From Dapis sp. BLCC M126 (GTDB lineage: Bacteria > Cyanobacteriota > Cyanobacteriia > Cyanobacteriales > Microcoleaceae): a stretch of DNA of 32,000 bases. The notes below the pieces were generated by a model. The model ran no database searches, was not told where the DNA came from, and worked only from the letters and a program-made list of their open reading frames with translations. The translations under genes and the position numbers were made by a program. The stretch's first letter is position 1. Each line of letters starts with the position of its first letter. The stretch lies in the NCBI RefSeq assembly GCF_050015975.1, contig NZ_JBNHER010000004.1, positions 71,290 to 103,289 on the forward strand. Direction: 5' to 3'. Of the stretch, positions 8,387 to 16,600 are shown piece after piece.

Positions 8387-8440
8387 CTCACTACACCAAC
8401 ACCAGAACCAATAAAATCAGAACCTCCCCAAAACCTGCCC

Positions 8441-9673
8441 TTGAGTGGGATGAAAAAGTTTTTGGGGCGCGATAAGGCATTAGCTACTCTGCACGAACAG
8501 TTACAAGAAAAAGTCCCCATATCTTCGATTTCGGGGATGGGAGGTATAGGCAAAACTGAACTTGCTCTCCAGTATGCTCAATTTCATTGGCAACAAAGGA
8601 CTTATCCTGGTGGGGTTTGTTGGTTGCGAGTGCTGAATGGGGATGTTGTATTGCAAGGGAGATACGAAGCAGCAGAACCTTTGTTCCAACAAGCCATCGA
8701 AATCGACAAAATTGCCCTACCGGAAAATCATCCACAACTCGCCACCCACCTCAACAACCTAGCAGGATTATATCGTTCTCAAGGGAGATACGAAGCAGCA
8801 GAACCTTTGTTCCAACAAGCCATCGAAATCGACAAAATTGCCCTACCGGAAAATCATCCACAACTCGCCACCCACCTCAACAACCTAGCAGGATTATATC
8901 GTTCTCAAGGGAGATACGAAGCAGCGGAACCTTTGTTCCAACAAGCCATCGAAATCATCAAAATTGCCCTGCCAGAAAATCATCCACAACTCGCCACCCA
9001 CTTCAACAACTTGGCAGAATTATATCGTTCTCAAGGCAGATACTCCGAAGCCGAACCTTTTTACCTACAAGCCATCGAAATCGACAAAATTGCCCTACCC
9101 GAAAATCATCCACAACTCGCCACCCACCTCAACAACTTGGCAGAATTATATGAATCTCAAGGGAGATACTCGGAAGCCGAACCTTTTTACCTACAAGCCA
9201 TAGAAATCTTCAAAATTTCCCTACCAGAAAATCATCCATATCTTGCCTCCAGTCTCAACAACTTGGCAGAATTATATCGTTCTCAAGGCAGATACTCGGA
9301 AGCCGAACCTTTTTACCTACAAGCCATAGAAATCTTCAAAATTTCCCTACCAGAAAATCATCCATATCTTGCCTCCAGTCTCAACAACTTGGCAGAATTA
9401 TATCGTTCTCAAGGCAGATACTCGGAAGCCGAACCTTTTTACCTACAAGCCATAGAAATCGACAAAATTTCCCTACCCGAAAATCATCCATCCCTTGCCA
9501 CCCACCTCAACAACCTAGCAAATTTATATGAATCTCAAGGGAGATACGAGGCAGCCGAACCTTTGTACCAACAAGCATTAGATATGCTTGAACAAACATT
9601 AGGTGAGGAACATCCTCATACTAAAATTGTGCGCAAAAATCTTGAACTTTTTCGGCAACAACAACAGGGCTAG
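8441..9673 (+). CDS. TPR-repeat protein with a truncated NB-ARC P-loop remnant (likely degraded NLR-like gene)
   Basis: 410-aa ORF. FLGRDKALATLHEQL followed by Walker A GMGGIGKTELALQYA and GGVCWL, then a direct jump into eight 42-aa TPR units. No Walker B or ARC modules are present. The track start is a TTG. Confidence 0.75.
   Translation: MSGMKKFLGRDKALATLHEQLQEKVPISSISGMGGIGKTELALQYAQFHWQQRTYPGGVCWLRVLNGDVVLQGRYEAAEPLFQQAIEIDKIALPENHPQLATHLNNLAGLYRSQGRYEAAEPLFQQAIEIDKIALPENHPQLATHLNNLAGLYRSQGRYEAAEPLFQQAIEIIKIALPENHPQLATHFNNLAELYRSQGRYSEAEPFYLQAIEIDKIALPENHPQLATHLNNLAELYESQGRYSEAEPFYLQAIEIFKISLPENHPYLASSLNNLAELYRSQGRYSEAEPFYLQAIEIFKISLPENHPYLASSLNNLAELYRSQGRYSEAEPFYLQAIEIDKISLPENHPSLATHLNNLANLYESQGRYEAAEPLYQQALDMLEQTLGEEHPHTKIVRKNLELFRQQQQG
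8657..9538 (+). repeat. Seven tandem 126-nt TPR coding repeats (an eighth, divergent unit runs to ~9670)
   Basis: Units 8657-8782 and 8783-8908 read base-for-base identical. The two GRYSEAEPFYLQAIEIFKISLPENHPYLASSLNNLAELYRSQ units are identical at protein level. Confidence 0.9.
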
Positions 9674-9806
9674 ACAGGGATTTTGTCTCGGATATACGGA
9701 TGCTGGAAAAGGATAACTGATAACTGTCGATCTAACCTCTGAAGTTTCATTATTTGATTTGAACTATTGTATAATTGTCGTTATTATACCGAATTTTATC
9801 AAAATC

Positions 9807-10076
9807 ATGGAAGAGATATTTAACAATTTATTATCCCATAAAAATGTCAAAATTAACAAAATAATTTCACCCCCGAATTTTGTCAGTGAAGAGTTTATCC
9901 AAGAGGAAGATGAATGGGTAATTTTGCTCCAAGGTTCCGCTGTATTAGAAATCAATCAAACAACAACAAAATTAGTCAAAGATAGTTATATTTTCATCCC
10001 AGCAAAAACTCCACATAAAATCATCTCAACCGATGCAAATATAGAAACAATTTGGCTGGCAATTCATATTTATTAG
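9807..10076 (+). CDS. Cupin-domain protein
   Basis: The ORF track gives 9759..10076. I prefer ATG 9807 (MEEIFNNLL). The small beta-barrel pattern EDEWVILLQGSAVLE...YIFIPAKTPHKI is typical of cupin_2. Confidence 0.6.
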   Translation: MEEIFNNLLSHKNVKINKIISPPNFVSEEFIQEEDEWVILLQGSAVLEINQTTTKLVKDSYIFIPAKTPHKIISTDANIETIWLAIHIY

Positions 10077-10113
10077 TCTGTAGGATGGGCAAATATTTCA
10101 AATTCCTCTCTAA

Positions 10114-10170
10114 CCATCTCCCCATCTCCCCATCTCCCCATCTCCCCATCTCCCCATCTCCCCATCTCCC
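10114..10170. repeat. Octamer tandem repeat (CCCCATCT)n
   Basis: About seven perfect 8-nt units between the convergent cupin and SnoaL-like genes. Confidence 0.9.
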
Positions 10171-10177
10171 TACTCCT

Positions 10178-10567
10178 CTACTTAATCAACGGACTACCAT
10201 GATGATGAATCAGATACCAATTTCCCCCCATTATTTCAAAAATATTCGTTGCTATAGACTCAGCTTTTATTCTCCTACCTCGATTCACTTGCCTGAAATT
10301 TTCCACCACAACAACATAACCAATATCTCCATTAATTTCCGCCGTAATAACATCAAGATCGATTTCAATATAATCAGTATTTTTAAAGATTAAATCCCAA
10401 GAATTACGAATCTTATCAAAACCACGAATGGCATCACGGCCTGGATGGATACAAACCGTGTTAATACCCTTGGACAAAATGCCATCCAAAGCTACAATGT
10501 CCCGTTTCTCAAAAGCTCGATAAAATGCTTGATTTGCTGCTAAAATTGCTTGGTTTTCGTCACTCAT
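10178..10567 (-). CDS. SnoaL-like / NTF2-fold (DUF4440-type) protein
   Basis: 129-aa ORF. N-terminal AANQAFYRAFEKRDIVALDGILS and C-terminal GGNWYLIHHHGSP are typical of the ketosteroid-isomerase-like family. Confidence 0.7.
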   Translation of the reverse strand: MSDENQAILAANQAFYRAFEKRDIVALDGILSKGINTVCIHPGRDAIRGFDKIRNSWDLIFKNTDYIEIDLDVITAEINGDIGYVVVVENFRQVNRGRRIKAESIATNIFEIMGGNWYLIHHHGSPLIK

Positions 10568-10657
10568 ATAATTTTTGACTTTAGATAGACAATAATTGTT
10601 ATTACCAGGATAAAATAATATTTGGTAAATTCAATCAAATTATTTCCCTAATAGACT

Positions 10658-11182
10658 ATGGAAACCACAGAAAAAAAATCTTCTAACATATTTCAGAAAA
10701 TGTTTAACATTACCATAGTTTTATTGGTAGTTGTTGCCATTGTTGTCGGAATAAATATTGCCACTTCTGGCAAACTGACTTTATTTGCAGGCACTAGACC
10801 TGATAATCTTGGTGTATATTCTGGACGACTTGCACCTTGTCCCAGTAGTCCAAATTGTGTCAGTAGTTACAGTCAGGATGCACAACATGGTATTGCTTCC
10901 CTGGGTTATAACTCTGATCCGAAGACGGCAATAGCTAACCTCAAACAAATAATTGAATCAATACCTCGAACCAATATTGTTAAGGAAGAGGAAAATTATT
11001 TATATGCTGAGTTTACCAGTAAAATTATGGGGTATGTGGATGATGTCGAATTTTATGTAGATGAAGATGCTAATGCTATTCAAGTACGTTCCGCTTCCCG
11101 TTTAGGAGAAGGTGATTTAGGCGTTAACCGGGAACGAGTCGAAACTATTAGGGAAAAACTCAACGAACAAAAGACTAAGTAG
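10658..11182 (+). CDS. DUF1499-family membrane-anchored protein
   Basis: 174-aa ORF with an N-terminal TM helix, the CPSSPNCVSS motif, and a C-terminal RSASRLGEGDLGVNR motif characteristic of DUF1499. Confidence 0.7.
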   Translation: METTEKKSSNIFQKMFNITIVLLVVVAIVVGINIATSGKLTLFAGTRPDNLGVYSGRLAPCPSSPNCVSSYSQDAQHGIASLGYNSDPKTAIANLKQIIESIPRTNIVKEEENYLYAEFTSKIMGYVDDVEFYVDEDANAIQVRSASRLGEGDLGVNRERVETIREKLNEQKTK

Positions 11183-11469
11183 TAGACTGACACAACTAAA
11201 ATGGTGCGTTGCAACGCACCATCTGAAATAACAACCTCTGCAATAACTCTGATTCTGAAAGTCAAGTTGATTTTGTTGAGCGATCGCCATGACTTTCTGA
11301 TAAATTCGTATCATAAAACTCAAAGCCAAAATTCTGTATTTTTATAGAATACAAAAAATTGCATTTCTACCAGATTGTTTAACAAAAATTAACTTAAAAG
11401 TTAATTTTGTTACAGAATTGAACTGAAGTAAATTGAGATACTATTTCGGTAATTTTATCAGCAACACTA

Positions 11470-11628
11470 ATGAACAGCTTTAGTTTGGCTTCCCTGATCT
11501 TTCCAGCAATCTTAGGACTAATAACAGGAGTTGGTCACGGAATTATTTCCCATCAAGCAGACCTACCAATGTCCCTAACCGACCAACTTCAATTACCTTT
11601 ACAAACTAATCAATCCTGGGAAAAATAA
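11470..11628 (+). CDS. Possible 52-aa small membrane protein (below the ORF-track cutoff)
   Basis: ATG..TAA ORF read by hand: MNSFSLASLIFPAILGLITGVGHGIISHQADLPMSLTDQLQLPLQTNQSWEK. It has one hydrophobic helix. No homolog is recognised. Confidence 0.3.
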   Translation: MNSFSLASLIFPAILGLITGVGHGIISHQADLPMSLTDQLQLPLQTNQSWEK

Positions 11629-11725
11629 ATATTGATTAAGAGTATCTAATTTTTATTAAAAGTATCTACTTATACAAAAATATTTGAGATAATGGAGATG
11701 TAAATAGTTAAGGATATCTAGAATT

Positions 11726-11920
11726 ATGCAATTTCAGCACTCTGAAAATAGATCTGCTTTTGACCGAATTGTTGCTAGTTTTCTCGTAGCCTTTTCCATG
11801 TTCATAGTCAGTTACACTGCAACCCGTGTTTATCTAACTCAGTCATCACCAGTAAATGCTCAAGCAGAATCAAATGTTATCCCTCATCCAGCTTCGTTAT
11901 GGAGCGAGTTGGGGCAATAA
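11726..11920 (+). CDS. Hypothetical 64-aa single-TM protein
   Basis: ORF with one hydrophobic helix (IVASFLVAFSMFIVSY), followed by a perfect 13-bp hairpin at 11964-12000. Confidence 0.45.
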   Translation: MQFQHSENRSAFDRIVASFLVAFSMFIVSYTATRVYLTQSSPVNAQAESNVIPHPASLWSELGQ

Positions 11921-11963
11921 TCATCATAAAAATTCATTAAGTGAGAAACTATAATCCGCCTTG

Positions 11964-12010
11964 AGTGCATAATTCTGTGAAAACCTGAGAATTATGCACT
12001 AACTTTTCAG
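11964..12010 (+). terminator. Hairpin terminator candidate
   Basis: AGTGCATAATTCT-(11 nt)-AGAATTATGCACT is a perfect 13-bp stem, followed by AACTTTTCAG. Confidence 0.55.
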
Positions 12011-12054
12011 ATTATATCAGTTTTATAGACTAGGTTTGATCCATCCTCAACAAT

Positions 12055-13431
12055 TTGTTCAAGTTAATTCCAGTGAATCATAACCCCCGTCAACTAGCTT
12101 TTGTTATCCTCCAAGAAATACATCGAAAACAAGCTTTTGCTGATTTTGCCCTAGATAAACATCTGAGAAAAAATGACTTAATTGATGCTAACCGCAGATT
12201 AGTTACAGAATTAGTTTATGGCTGTGTCAGAAGACAGCGATCGCTTGATGCTATTATCGATCAATTAGCAAAAAAGAAGTCTCACCAACAACACCCAGAT
12301 TTACGCATTATTCTGCATATTGGTTTATATCAATTATCTTATTTAGAACAAATTCCAGAGTCGGCAGCAGTTGATACAACGGTTGAGTTTGCAAAACAAA
12401 ATAAGTTTGCTAAATTAGCTGGTTTTGTTAATGGTTTACTCCGAGAATATATTCGGCGCGACTTGACTATAAATCTGCCAGAAAATCCAGTGCAAAAATT
12501 AGGAATATCCTATAGTTTTCCTGACTGGATTATTGAATATTGGATAGAAAAATTAGGTTTAACCGAAGCTGAAAAATTATGTTCTTGGTTCAATCAATCT
12601 CGAAGTATTGATTTAAGAATTAATCCCCTCAAAACTTCTCTTGAAGAAGTAGAAACAGCTATTAAAAATATAGGTATTTCTGTTAGTAGAATTGCCCAAA
12701 TTCCCCAAGCATTAAGATTAACTGGAGCAGTGGGGCAAATTCAAAAATTACCAGGTTATAACGAAGGTTGGTGGTCAGTTCAAGATAGTAGCGCTCAGTT
12801 AGTTAGTTATTTATTAAATCCCCAACCTGGAGAAATAATAATTGATGCCTGCGCTGCTCCTGGAGGCAAGACAACTCATATAGCAGAATTAATGGGAGAT
12901 AATGGTAAAATTTTTGCTATTGATAAAACTGCTTCTAGGTTGAAAAAATTAGAGCAAAATGCCGAGAGATTGCAGTTAAAATCTATTTCTATTTCTACAG
13001 GTGATAGTCGAAATTTACCACAATTTATAGATCGAGCAGACCGAGTTTTATTAGATGTTCCTTGTTCTGGTTTAGGAACATTACACCGTCGAGCAGATGC
13101 GCGTTGGAGACAAACTTTAGAGAATATTCAAGAATTGGCAAAACTTCAGAGTGAATTGTTAGAAACTGCGGCTAAATGGGTGAAACCAGGAGGTATTTTA
13201 GTATATGCAACTTGTACAATTTATCCTTTAGAAAATGAGGGAATTATTGAGGAATTTTTGGCTAATAATTATGAATGGAAAATTGAACCGCCAACCGTTG
13301 ATTTTATGGTTTCACCTTGTGCAGAAGGATGGATAAAAGTTTGGCCTCATAGAGAACAAATGGATGGATTTTTTATGGTGAAATTAAAAAAGCAGTCAGT
13401 GTTCAGCAGTCAGCCATCAGCAAGAGAGTAA
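12055..13431 (+). CDS. rsmB: 16S rRNA (cytosine967-C5)-methyltransferase
   Basis: 458-aa ORF. NusB-like N-terminus (NPRQLAF), SAM-MTase motifs DACAAPGGKT and LLDVPCSGLGT, and catalytic YATCT. The start is uncertain: TTG 12055 or GTG 12073. Confidence 0.85.
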   Translation: MFKLIPVNHNPRQLAFVILQEIHRKQAFADFALDKHLRKNDLIDANRRLVTELVYGCVRRQRSLDAIIDQLAKKKSHQQHPDLRIILHIGLYQLSYLEQIPESAAVDTTVEFAKQNKFAKLAGFVNGLLREYIRRDLTINLPENPVQKLGISYSFPDWIIEYWIEKLGLTEAEKLCSWFNQSRSIDLRINPLKTSLEEVETAIKNIGISVSRIAQIPQALRLTGAVGQIQKLPGYNEGWWSVQDSSAQLVSYLLNPQPGEIIIDACAAPGGKTTHIAELMGDNGKIFAIDKTASRLKKLEQNAERLQLKSISISTGDSRNLPQFIDRADRVLLDVPCSGLGTLHRRADARWRQTLENIQELAKLQSELLETAAKWVKPGGILVYATCTIYPLENEGIIEEFLANNYEWKIEPPTVDFMVSPCAEGWIKVWPHREQMDGFFMVKLKKQSVFSSQPSARE

Positions 13432-13545
13432 TATGATTTCCGGGTAATAACTAATAGTTTGTAGTAGGGCTTGAGCCCGAACTATAGAAATTGCTCAAGC
13501 CCTACTACGAAATTTAATTATAACTATTTAACCGGAAATAATATA
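13432..13545. mobile_element. MITE-like hairpin element, copy D (complete), abutting the rsmB stop codon
   Basis: ATATGATTTCCGG...GTAGTAGGGCTTGAGCCC...GCTCAAGCCCTACTAC...CCGGAAATAATATA, with inverted arms across the whole length. Confidence 0.6.
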
Positions 13546-13579
13546 AGTCCTGATATTATTTAATCTATGCTATTCTAAT

Positions 13580-13645
13580 CAGTATTTCAAGCCTCCAGCT
13601 TTAGTCGGAGGTACTGATAACTGATAACTGTTAACTGATAACTGA
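13580..13645 (+). repeat. Leader module GTATTTCAA..GAGGTACT + (GATAACT)n heptamers upstream of the NACHT gene
   Basis: CAGTATTTCAAGCCTCCAGCTTTAGTCGGAGGTACTGATAACTGATAACTGTTAACTGATAACTGA. A related copy lies at 22430-22500 in the same polarity relative to its gene. Confidence 0.7.
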
Positions 13646-13676
13646 AATTACCAGTCACTCTACTAGAAGTAACATT

Positions 13677-16600
13677 ATGGAATCATTTTTCTTAGGTTGG
13701 GAATTACCAAAAATAGCAGCTCCTTTGTTGGGTAGTGTTTTGAAACAGGGTGGCGATCGCCTCTTTCAATCTCTCAATAAAACAGATATAGAAAAGGCAA
13801 TTGAATCTGGAGAAAAAGCTGTTAAAGAATGGGAAAAAATTCTCCATCCTCAAAAACTTTTATTCTATTCTGCTAAACCGGATGGATGGAATGGATTTAA
13901 CAAATTTCTGAGGGAATATTTTCATAATTCTGGTGTTTTGCAGGAATTACAAAAACCATTAATTAATCAAGGTAAGCCAGATATTGATTTTTTAATTAGC
14001 ATCTTTCAACAGGAAGCTGAAGCTAAAAATATTCAATTAAATTCAGAAGGTATACAGCCGTGGATAGAAACTTTTGTTAATGCTTATTTTCAACAAACCG
14101 ATACTTATATTAAATTTCAGGTTGCTAAACAAAATTATTTTGAACAGTTAGCCAATTGGTTTGATGATGTGAAATTTGCCGGGATTTCTGTGCCTGGGCA
14201 AGAGGTGGAAAAGTCGGAGAAATTAGCTAATATTTTTGTGATGCCGGATGTGTTGGAAGATGCCTCTACGGGAGGTGGTTTTGAACGAGATTTATTGTTA
14301 GCTGGAAGTGGGGAAAAACTAGAAAGAGAATTATTAGTAAATACCACTAGCAGGAAATTTTTAGCCTCGGAATTATTGACTCAAAGTCGAGCGCAAAAAT
14401 TCGTCATATTAGGTGCGCCTGGTTCGGGAAAAACAACTTTGATGAGTTATTTTGCCGTGATGTTGGCACAGAAACAGTCTCAATTTTTGGGTTTAGATAC
14501 TGAAACTGACTGGTTGCCAATTTTAATAAGAATAAGCGACTTGGCAAGACATCCAGACAAAAGTATTCTCGAATATGCTCGGATTTTTGCTGAGAAAACG
14601 ATGGCAGTTAAAACTTTACCGACGGGATTTTTTAAGCATTGGTTGGAAGATGGCAGGGCGTTGATATTGCTTGATGGTTTGGATGAAGTGGCGGAGTCAA
14701 GCAAACGTTATGATGTTGTCAAACGCATCAATAACTTTTTAGGAAAGCCGTTTGACACAAACCGCGCAATTATTACGTCTCGCCCGGCGGGTTATCAGCG
14801 CGACTTTTTCCGCACGGAGGAATTTGCCCACTATCAAATGCAGCGGTTTGATGATCAGAAGATTTCGGCGTTTATCAATAATTGGTATGACAGTCGGTTT
14901 AAGGATAAAGCGGAGGCAGAAAGACGAAAGGAGACTTTGCAAAAGGCGTTGGATGATAATGACAGGATAAAGTTGTTGGCACGGAATCCTTTATTGTTGA
15001 CGATTATTGCTTTGATTCATCGGTATCAGGCGGTTTTGCCCAAGGAAAGATTTCGACTTTATGACAAGGCGGTGGAAACGTTGTTAACTTCTTGGGATGC
15101 GAATAAGGAGTTGAGTAGTGATGGGCGCTTGAAGTATTTGGGTTTGGATGATTTGCGCAGGTTGATGGAATTGTTGGCGTATTGGGTGCATACTCAGGGC
15201 AATATTGGCGATGAGGGTGGTACGTTGATAGAGAAGGATGAGTTGATAAGGCAGTTGCGGCGAGAGATTAAGAGGTTGAAGCAGGTGGAGTTGTATCAAG
15301 CGGAGGAAGAGGCGGAAAGATTTGTGGATTTGATTCGGGAACGCACTGGTTTGTTGAATGAGCAGGGACAAGACTATTATGCTTTTGTGCATAAGACGTT
15401 TCAGGAATATTTGTGTGCTGAGGATATTGATTATCAAGCGGATAATGAGGATGATTTTGAGATTGTGTTGGGTTGTATTCGGGAGCATTTGCATGAGTCG
15501 CATTGGGAGGAGGTTTTACTATTGCTGATAGCCCAACAAAAGCCGAAGAAGGTGGCAAAGGCGATGCGGGGGATCTTGGAGCGTGGTAGTGAGTATGAGG
15601 AGTGGTTACATCGGGATTTGTTGTTTGCTGGTAGTTGTTTGACGGAAGATCCGAAGGGGTTGCGGAGTGTTGATGGTGGGTTGGTGCGGGAGGTTTTGGA
15701 GAGGTTGGTTGAGTTGGAGGTGAGTAGTGAGGATAAGGTTGGTAAGAATGTTCGGGAGCAGGTTAAGCAGATTTTTTGTAGTTTGTATGAAACTGATTTT
15801 GAGGCGCAAGTTTTGGAGATGTTGAAAGAGCGGGCAGATTTGATTGATGAGGAGAGGTTGTTGGAATATCGAGGAGAGTTAGGAGAAAAGGATGAGGTAA
15901 CTAGGGAGTTGCTGGCACTGCTTCAGGATGAGAATTATGATGTGCGTCGGAGGGCAGCCTTAGCTTTGGGAAATTTAAAGAATAGCTCAGAAACTGTAAT
16001 CAACTCCCTACTACCACTGCTTGAGGATCGGCATTCTGATGTCTGTGATAGTGCAGCCTTTGCTTTAAGTAATTTGAGAAATAGCTCAGAAATCGCAACC
16101 AACTCCCTACTAGCACAACTTCAGGATGAGAATTATGATGTCCGTTGGATGGCAGCCAGTGCTTTAGAAAATTTGCAGAACAGCTCAGAAACCGTAATCA
16201 ACTCCCTACTACCACTGCTTCAGGATCGGCATTCTGATGTCCGTTGGATAGCCGCCAATACTTTGGGCAGATTGGGAAATAGCTCAGAAACCGTAATCAA
16301 ATCCCTACTACCACTGCTTCAGGATGAGAATTCTGATGTTCGTAGGAGTGCAGCCGAAGCTTTAGGCACACTGGGAAATAGCTCAGAAATCGTAATCAAC
16401 TCCCTACTGGTAAGGCTTCAGGATGAAAATTATTTTGTGCGTGGGTGGGCAGCAATTGGCCTAGGCAAGTTGAACAATAGCCCAGGAACCTTAATTAACT
16501 GCCTACTGGCACTATTTCAGGATGAGAATTCTTTTGTGCGTGGGAGTGCAGCCATTGCTTTGGGAAATTTGAACAATAGCTCAGAAAACGTAATCAAATC

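Noticed and set aside
8484-9203. Alternative-frame and antisense ORFs across the TPR array (188, 83, 79 and 63 aa)
   Set aside because: Their periodic products simply re-read the 126-nt repeat in other frames. The TPR frame has clear family motifs.
10052-10393. 113-aa plus-strand ORF with HLPISPSP repeats
   Set aside because: It is a translation of the (CCCCATCT)n octamer array that then runs antisense through the well-supported SnoaL-like gene.
11080-11329. 61-aa and 70-aa minus-strand ORFs after the DUF1499 gene
   Set aside because: They overlap the 3' end of the DUF1499 CDS and the ATGGTGCGTTGCAACGCACCAT palindrome. No motifs or start context support them.
15084-15809. Three long antisense ORFs (139, 96 and 67 aa) inside the NACHT gene
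   Set aside because: They are fully nested in a strongly supported plus-strand CDS. Their low-complexity Q/L/P/I-rich products are what the G-rich, C-poor coding strand produces on its complement. No motifs or start context support them.
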